From the UHGV virus genome UHGV-1363021: DNA of 40,445 nt; one strand, given 5' to 3'. Origin of the DNA: a virus. A model generated the notes under the pieces. The model saw only the letters and a program-made list of their open reading frames with translations, was not told the DNA's origin and searched no databases. Numbering within the stretch: position 1 is the stretch's first letter; the number at the start of each line of letters is the position of its first letter. The position numbers were made by a program, and so were the translations under genes. Positions 37,116 through 40,445 of the stretch are shown in pieces.

Positions 37116-37892
37116 ATGACTGAAGAAAAACAAGAGCAAGATATCCTAACTCAACTAGGGGTTAAAGATATCAGCAAACAAAATGCTAACAAGTTTTATA
37201 AATTCGCTATCTACGGAAAATTCGGTACAGGGAAAACGACCTTTTTAACCAAAGATAACAACGCGCTTGTGCTTGATATTAATGAAGATGGAACAACAGT
37301 TACAGAACATGGCGCAGTAGTACAAATCAAAAACTACAAACACTTTGCTTATGTAATAAAAATGTTGCCTCAAATTATCGAAAAACTTAGAGATAACGGA
37401 AAGAAAATCGATGTCATAGTAATCGAAACGATACAAAAACTTCGTGACATCACTATAGATGACATCATGAACGGTAAGACTAAGAAACCGACATTTAATG
37501 ATTGGGGAGAATGTGCGACACGTATTGTGCATATGTACAGATATGTTTCTAAGTTACAAGAACAATATCAATTCCATTTAGCAATAAGCGGTCATGAAGG
37601 TATCAACAAAGATAAAGACGATGAGGGCAGCACGATTAATCCCACTATCACGATTGAGGCACAAGATCAAATAAGAAAAGCAGTTGTAAGTCAATCAGAT
37701 GTTTTAGCAAGAATGACAATTGAGGAGCATGAGAAAAACGGACAAAAGTCATATGAGTATGTACTTAATGCTGAACCCTCTAATTTATTTGAAACCAAAA
37801 TAAGACATGCAAGCAATATAACAATTAACAATAAGAAATTTGTAAACCCAAGCATTACAGACGTTGTACAAGCAATCAGAAATGGAAATTAA
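37116..37892 (+). CDS. Sak4-like RecA-fold ATPase (AAA_24) single-strand annealing partner
   Basis: Walker A YGKFGTGKTTFL; Walker B VIVIETIQ; size and neighbourhood (Gp157 upstream, SSB downstream). Confidence 0.7.
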   Translation: MTEEKQEQDILTQLGVKDISKQNANKFYKFAIYGKFGTGKTTFLTKDNNALVLDINEDGTTVTEHGAVVQIKNYKHFAYVIKMLPQIIEKLRDNGKKIDVIVIETIQKLRDITIDDIMNGKTKKPTFNDWGECATRIVHMYRYVSKLQEQYQFHLAISGHEGINKDKDDEGSTINPTITIEAQDQIRKAVVSQSDVLARMTIEEHEKNGQKSYEYVLNAEPSNLFETKIRHASNITINNKKFVNPSITDVVQAIRNGN

Positions 37893-37920
37893 AAATAACT
37901 AATAAGGACGGTATAAAATT

Positions 37921-38475
37921 ATGAAAATCACAGGACAATCACAACACACTAAAGAAACTAATCAAGAAGCATTTATAAAAGGTGGAGACTTCTTAGGAGC
38001 AGGAGAATTCACAGTTAAAGTTAAAGATGTTGAATTTAATGACAAAGAAGGAAGATATTTCACTATCGTATTTGAAAATAACGAAGGTAAACAATACAAA
38101 CATAATCAATTTGTACCACCATTCCAACAAGACTTCCAAGAAAGACAGTACATTGAATTATTAAGCAGACTAGGAATTCAACTTAATTTACCTGATTTAA
38201 CTTTCGATACAGACAGATTAATTAACAAAATAGGAACAATCGTACTTAAAAATAAATTTAACGAAGATGAAGGAAAGTATTTCGTTAGATTATCTTTTGT
38301 AAAAGTTTGGAACAAAGGTGACGAAATCGTAAATAAACCCGAACCTAAAACTGATGAAATGAAACAACGTGAACAACAAGCTAACGGACAGCAAACGCCA
38401 ATGACAAAACAAGATAATCCGTTTGCAAATGCTAATGGACCAATTGATATTAGTGATGATGATTTAGCTTTCTAG
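37921..38475 (+). CDS. phage single-stranded DNA-binding protein (non-canonical) with acidic SSB-type C-terminal tail
   Basis: C-terminal DISDDDLAF resembles the SSB protein-interaction tail DDDIPF; position after Sak4. Confidence 0.55.
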   Translation: MKITGQSQHTKETNQEAFIKGGDFLGAGEFTVKVKDVEFNDKEGRYFTIVFENNEGKQYKHNQFVPPFQQDFQERQYIELLSRLGIQLNLPDLTFDTDRLINKIGTIVLKNKFNEDEGKYFVRLSFVKVWNKGDEIVNKPEPKTDEMKQREQQANGQQTPMTKQDNPFANANGPIDISDDDLAF

Positions 38476-38486
38476 GACGTGATTAA

Positions 38487-39158
38487 ATGCAGCTTATTAC
38501 AAGATACCAGCGAGATAACGACGGTACTTATTCCGTCGTTGCTACTGGTGTTGAATTAGAACAAAGTCATATCGATTTGTTGGAAAATGGTTACTCACTC
38601 AACGCAGATATAGAAGTGCCAGACCACGAAAAGATAACTCATAAACAACGCAGAACAATTTTCTTGTTATGCGAAGATATTGAATTACATTTAGGTCAAC
38701 CTAAAGAAGCTATGAGGCAAGATTTTCAATTCGAATTAGAAATAATGAATGGCTATGATTCTATTAGTTTAAAGAATTGTTCTAAAAAAATAGCAAGAGA
38801 ATTAATCGAAATGATTATTGCTTTTATGTTTCATCATCAAGTTCCTATGAGATTAAAGACGAGTAAGTTGATGAAAGAAGATAAGAGTTATCTATATTGG
38901 TCAACGATTAACAGAAATTGTGTGATATGCGGCAAACCTAATTCAGACTTAGCACACTTTGAAACAGTAGGTAGAGGTATGAACAGGAACAAGATAGACC
39001 ACTACGATAAATACGTATTAGCGTTATGTCGTAAGCACCATACAATTCAACATCAGATGGGGATAGACAGTTTTAACAAATATTACCAATTACAAGATAG
39101 TTGGATAAAAGTTGATGATAAATTAAACGCCATCCTGAAAGGAGAGAAAAATGTATGA
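38487..39158 (+). CDS. HNH-like zinc-finger nuclease-domain protein (DUF968-like)
   Basis: CVICGKP...H...CRKHH Cys/His cluster in the C-terminal half. Confidence 0.45.
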   Translation: MQLITRYQRDNDGTYSVVATGVELEQSHIDLLENGYSLNADIEVPDHEKITHKQRRTIFLLCEDIELHLGQPKEAMRQDFQFELEIMNGYDSISLKNCSKKIARELIEMIIAFMFHHQVPMRLKTSKLMKEDKSYLYWSTINRNCVICGKPNSDLAHFETVGRGMNRNKIDHYDKYVLALCRKHHTIQHQMGIDSFNKYYQLQDSWIKVDDKLNAILKGEKNV

Positions 39159-39173
39159 AAAAACGTGATCATA

Positions 39174-39656
39174 TCATTTATTTATCGATACTGATCCTAA
39201 GTTTAATAGCGGTTGTTCTTTCAATTGTTTCTCTTTGTAATTAGTAATATAAACACCTTTACTAGTATAAATTTCAAAATTATAAATATCTAAAATTTGT
39301 TTTAAATCAAAAACAATAAACATCTTATGAGAAGCATAAGCGTTTAAATTAATTGGTAACAAACTGCTTTCATTTCTAATATGTTTACCTTTAGTTAATA
39401 ACACTTTGTTTTGAATACACTCGAATTTTAAGCCTTTATTTTCGTCTATTAAAACTATTTTAGTAATAGAAACTGGGTTTTTAGTTTCATTTACTACATT
39501 CAGTTCAAATACATTTCTTTCGCCAGAAACAAAATGATTTTTTAAATCTACTGAAATATTTAATTGATTTTCTTTGTAGTCACGCCAGTATTTATAAGCA
39601 GTTAAACATAAAGAAATTATTGAAACTATTAACGCAATTAAAGAAATCCAATTCAT
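39174..39656 (-). CDS. N-terminally membrane-anchored protein on the reverse strand within the replication module (ORF extends to 39665 with GTG)
   Basis: GGTGA SD 5 nt before ATG (MNWISLIALIVSII); single N-terminal TM then ~130-aa soluble domain; convergent with the upstream gene and divergent from the DnaD-like gene. Confidence 0.5.
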   Translation of the reverse strand: MNWISLIALIVSIISLCLTAYKYWRDYKENQLNISVDLKNHFVSGERNVFELNVVNETKNPVSITKIVLIDENKGLKFECIQNKVLLTKGKHIRNESSLLPINLNAYASHKMFIVFDLKQILDIYNFEIYTSKGVYITNYKEKQLKEQPLLNLGSVSINK

Positions 39657-39699
39657 TTTTATCACCTCGAAAATATTATATCAAAAAGGAGTTGAGTAG

Positions 39700-40445
39700 A
39701 TGAACAACTTATTGATTGATGATTATCCTATATTAGTTTTACCAAAGTTAGCTACTGAGATAGGACTTAATGAAGCAATTGTATTACAACAAATGCACTA
39801 TTGGTTAAAGAAAAGCAATCATAACTACGATGGTAGACGCTGGATATACAATTCATTTTCTGAATGGCAAAAACACTTCCCTTTTTGGTCTGTGATGACA
39901 ATTAAGCGTGCTGTATATAGTTTAGAAAAACAAGATTTATTGCATGTAGGTAACTACAACAAAGCTAAATTCGATAAAACAAAATGGTATAGCATTAATT
40001 ATGGAAAGTTAGAGGATGTGAAACGACCATCGTATCAAAATGATACGACGAGCGTATCAAAAAGAAACGATGGAGTGTATCAAAATGATACAACCAATAC
40101 CAGAGACTACACAGACATTACTACAGAGACTACTAACAATAATATATTGTCGGGCAACCCGACTGTGTCTCGAATACCTTATAAAGAAATTGTTGATTAC
40201 CTTAATGAGAAAACTGGTAAAAACTTCAAGCATAAAACAGCTAAAACAAGAAAGTTTATTGAAGCAAGATGGAACCAAGATTTTAGATTGGACGATTTTA
40301 AAAAGGTAATTGATGTCAAAACTGATGAGTGGTTAAACACAGACAGTGATAAGTACCTTCGACCTGAAACGTTATTCGGTACTAAATTTGAAGGTTATCT
40401 AAATCAAAAGACAAAATCAACTGGTATGGATCAGTTAGAACGTAT
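39700..40445 (+). CDS. DnaD-like phage replisome organizer/replication initiator, 3' truncated at window end
   Basis: AAAAGGAG RBS; open to the last nucleotide; C-terminal conserved region RIPYKEIVDYLNEKTGKNFKHKTAKTRKFIEARWNQDF...RPETLFGTKFEGYL typical of the phage DnaD-like conserved C-terminus; not in the ORF track because no stop. Confidence 0.7.
   Translation, partial: MNNLLIDDYPILVLPKLATEIGLNEAIVLQQMHYWLKKSNHNYDGRRWIYNSFSEWQKHFPFWSVMTIKRAVYSLEKQDLLHVGNYNKAKFDKTKWYSINYGKLEDVKRPSYQNDTTSVSKRNDGVYQNDTTNTRDYTDITTETTNNNILSGNPTVSRIPYKEIVDYLNEKTGKNFKHKTAKTRKFIEARWNQDFRLDDFKKVIDVKTDEWLNTDSDKYLRPETLFGTKFEGYLNQKTKSTGMDQLER

Larger units (their letters stand above)
1..40445. mobile_element. Temperate siphovirus genome (Staphylococcus-type), apparently complete and circularly permuted; attP intact, so not integrated
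   Basis: Full set of modules present (lysogeny, replication, cos packaging, HK97-like head, siphovirus tail, lysis). Integrase and attP-like repeats are contiguous with the endolysin end. The 3' truncated DnaD-like ORF is in frame with nt 1-28. Confidence 0.8.

Noticed and set aside
37245-37532. 95-aa minus-strand ORF inside the Sak4-like gene
   Set aside because: Antisense to a conserved ATPase gene; no start context.
40040-40309. Plus and minus ORFs (89 and 73 aa) overlapping the 3' part of the DnaD-like gene
   Set aside because: Both are out-of-frame or antisense to the conserved DnaD-like C-terminal domain, which has the clear RBS and conserved motifs.

Overview
The window reads as a near-complete, circularly permuted genome of a temperate Staphylococcus-type siphovirus: low-GC, HK97-like morphogenesis module, HNH plus P27-family terS, implying cos packaging. 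Gene order, mostly on the + strand, runs: DnaC-like helicase loader (41-811); RusA; DUF3310; dUTPase; RinA/ArpU late activator; a 480-bp structured non-coding gap; HNH endonuclease; GC-rich cos candidate; terS; terL; portal; prohead protease; major capsid; connectors; major tail protein; G/GT chaperone with a -1 frameshift; 1.49-kb tape measure carrying M23 and SLT domains; Dit; Tal; a 620-aa tail protein with an HGNE zinc-hydrolase motif; a PghP-like poly-gamma-glutamate hydrolase; membrane proteins; holin; CHAP-amidase-SH3b endolysin. After lysis comes an AT-rich cargo region with tandem promoter-like and terminator units, then an intact attP-like repeat region abutting a tyrosine integrase (minus strand), a CapA/PGA_cap-family membrane-anchored metallophosphatase-like moron, a LexA-like cI repressor, cro, and early genes (Gp157, Sak4, SSB, HNH/DUF968-like, DnaD-like). 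The DnaD-like ORF runs off the window end and, if the sequence is circular, would terminate at nt 26-28 just before the DnaC RBS. No rRNA, tRNA or CRISPR was seen. The most interesting signals are: the pairing of a virion PghP-like gamma-glutamyl hydrolase with a lysogeny-expressed CapA-family moron; several reverse-strand membrane-protein morons; and a triplicated promoter-like 15-mer plus hairpin array downstream of the endolysin. Hand-derived coordinates may be off by 1-2 nt.
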